Below, piece after piece: positions 62,356 through 64,000 of a DNA stretch of 64,000 bases. The stretch is taken from NCBI GenBank assembly GCA_965222155.1, contig CBDCTH010000012.1, positions 640,001 to 704,000 of the forward strand. Reading direction: 5' to 3'. A program made the translations under genes and the position numbers. A model generated the notes under the pieces. That model saw nothing but the letters and a program-made list of their open reading frames with translations. It searched no databases and had not been told where the DNA came from. The DNA comes from Gammaproteobacteria bacterium (GTDB lineage: Bacteria; Pseudomonadota; Gammaproteobacteria; Eutrophobiales; Eutrophobiaceae). The first letter of the stretch is position 1, and each line of letters begins with the position of its first letter.

Positions 62356-62418
62356 GTCGATTTCCGGATTCCGGAATTGCCGTACCTGACAGTTATTACA
62401 TCAACGTGAGAAATAAAA

Positions 62419-63606
62419 ATGATAAAACCACATGGATCCGATGAACTGAAGCCGCTGTTCGTCGAAGATGAAGTACGGCGACAAGCGCTGCTGGAAGAAG
62501 CGGAAACCCTGCCGCAGTTGTTGCTCAATTCGGCTGCCGCGGCCAATGCGGTGATGCTTGGCGCCGGTTATTTTTCGCCGCTGTCCGGCTATATGAATGC
62601 CGCCGATGCAATCAGCGTTGCCGGGGAAATGCACACCACTGCCGGCCTGTTCTGGCCGGTGCCCTGTCTGAACATGAGTGCCGACACCGCGACGATCAAT
62701 GGCGCCACGCGTATTGCATTACGCGATCCAAACGTCGATGGCCGGCCGGTTATCGCAATACAGGATGTGGCCTCCGTGGACACCTTGTCTGCTGATCAAA
62801 TCGCGCTGATCACGGAAAAGGTCTTCGGCACCCTGGACCCGAATCACCCCGGCGTAGCGACGTTTACAGCGTCCGGAAACCGGCTCGTGGCAGGTCCCAT
62901 ACAGGTATTGAATTACAGTTACTTCGAGCAGGATTTTCCCGACACTTTCAGGACAGCCATGCAGATTCGCGCGGGGATCGCCGCCACTGGCTGGGAAACA
63001 GTCGTCGCCTTTCAGACGCGTAACCCCATGCACAGGGCCCATGAAGAATTATGCAAGATGGCAAAGGCAGCGCTGCAAGCCGATGGCGTACTGATCCACA
63101 TGCTGTTGGGGAAGTTGAAGCCGGGGGATATTCCCGCCGATGTGCGTGATGCGGCCATTCGAAAAATGGTGGAGTTGTATTTCCCCGAGAATACCGTCAT
63201 GGTAACCGGCTACGGTTTCGACATGCTCTATGCCGGCCCGCGGGAGGCGGTACTGCATGCCGTGTTCAGGCAGAATGCCGGTTGCAGCCACCTGATTGTG
63301 GGGCGCGACCACGCGGGTGTCGGCAGTTATTACGGCCCGTTCGACGCGCAGGCCATTTTTCGCGGACAGGTTCCTGAAGGCGCGCTGGAGATAAAAATAT
63401 TCGAAGCGGACCACACTGCGTATTCAAAAAAACTGAACCGGGTGGTTATGATGCGTGACGTTCCGGATCACAAAATGGAAGATTTCGTACTCCTGTCCGG
63501 GACAAAAGTACGGGAAATGCTGGCCGCCGGCCAACCGCTGCCGGAAGAATTTGCCCGCCCCGAGGTGGCCCGGATACTCATGGAGCATTATCAACAGTCT
63601 GCCTGA
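62419..63606 (+). CDS. sat: Sulfate adenylyltransferase (homo-oligomeric Sat)
   Basis: AFQTRNPMHRAH, YAGPREA, IVGRDHAG, SGTKVR, RPEV. Confidence 0.95.
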   Translation: MIKPHGSDELKPLFVEDEVRRQALLEEAETLPQLLLNSAAAANAVMLGAGYFSPLSGYMNAADAISVAGEMHTTAGLFWPVPCLNMSADTATINGATRIALRDPNVDGRPVIAIQDVASVDTLSADQIALITEKVFGTLDPNHPGVATFTASGNRLVAGPIQVLNYSYFEQDFPDTFRTAMQIRAGIAATGWETVVAFQTRNPMHRAHEELCKMAKAALQADGVLIHMLLGKLKPGDIPADVRDAAIRKMVELYFPENTVMVTGYGFDMLYAGPREAVLHAVFRQNAGCSHLIVGRDHAGVGSYYGPFDAQAIFRGQVPEGALEIKIFEADHTAYSKKLNRVVMMRDVPDHKMEDFVLLSGTKVREMLAAGQPLPEEFARPEVARILMEHYQQSA

Positions 63607-63650
63607 AGCCCCTTTGAAAAAAGAATTTGCACCTGCATCAAGTATTTTTG

Positions 63651-63678
63651 TTGACATCTGATTTTTTTCCACTATATT
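63651..63678 (+). promoter_or_regulatory. Sigma-70-type promoter for groES
   Basis: TTGACA-N16-TATATT immediately before the CIRCE element. Confidence 0.6.
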
Positions 63679-63679
63679 G

Positions 63680-63706
63680 TTAGCACTCACATTGGTAGAG
63701 TGCTAA
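63680..63706 (+). promoter_or_regulatory. CIRCE element (HrcA operator)
   Basis: Perfect TTAGCACTC-N9-GAGTGCTAA. Confidence 0.93.
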
Positions 63707-63763
63707 CAATTTCATTATATTCATAAAACAACAGAAGTTTAGCTCACAGGAGGTAATCAATAT

Positions 63764-64000
63764 ATGAATATCAGACCTTTACACGATCGCGTGGTCGTGC
63801 GGCGGCTGGAAGAGGAAAAGATGTCCCCCGGCGGGATTGTCATCCCTGACAGCGCTACTGAAAAGCCAATTCAGGGAGAGGTCGTTGCTGTCGGCAACGG
63901 CAAGATCCTGGATAACGGTGAGGTCCGTGGCCTGGACGTCAAAGAAGGAGACAAGATCCTTTTTGGCAAATACTCCGGCACGGAAATAAAAATTGACGGT
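63764..64000 (+). CDS. groES: Co-chaperonin GroES (runs off the window end)
   Basis: AGGAGG RBS; [14 protein letters not shown]...GGIVIPD...KYSGTEIK. Confidence 0.96.
   Translation, partial: MNIRPLHDRVVVRRLEEEKMSPGGIVIPDSATEKPIQGEVVAVGNGKILDNGEVRGLDVKEGDKILFGKYSGTEIKIDG

Overview
64-kb chromosomal window from a gammaproteobacterium, inferred from gene order: miaB-phoH-ybeY-corC-lnt, rpsU-yqeY-dnaG-rpoD-tRNA-Ile, tsaD/plsY/folB/folK/uppP/cca, and tesA/ybbA/ybbP. It carries sulfur-oxidiser-type genes (flavocytochrome c sulfide dehydrogenase, sat). Notable elements: (i) tRNA-Ile(CAU) downstream of rpoD is interrupted by a 249-nt ORF-less group I (IC3-like) intron; (ii) a modular MITE family (about 20-bp TIRs, 4-bp NTAG target duplication, 6 complete and 2 partial copies) whose terminal repeat supplies in-frame replacement start codons to hemH, corC and a DUF368 gene; (iii) REPIN-like hairpins, one of which gives the same C-terminus (YLGSE-stop) to two convergent genes; (iv) a defence-like islet (retron-type RT remnant, type III-like res-mod pair, Zn-ribbon protein); (v) a complete IS21; (vi) several eroded gene remnants; (vii) CIRCE and OxyR-like regulatory sites. 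All calls come from reading motifs by eye; no database searches were run.
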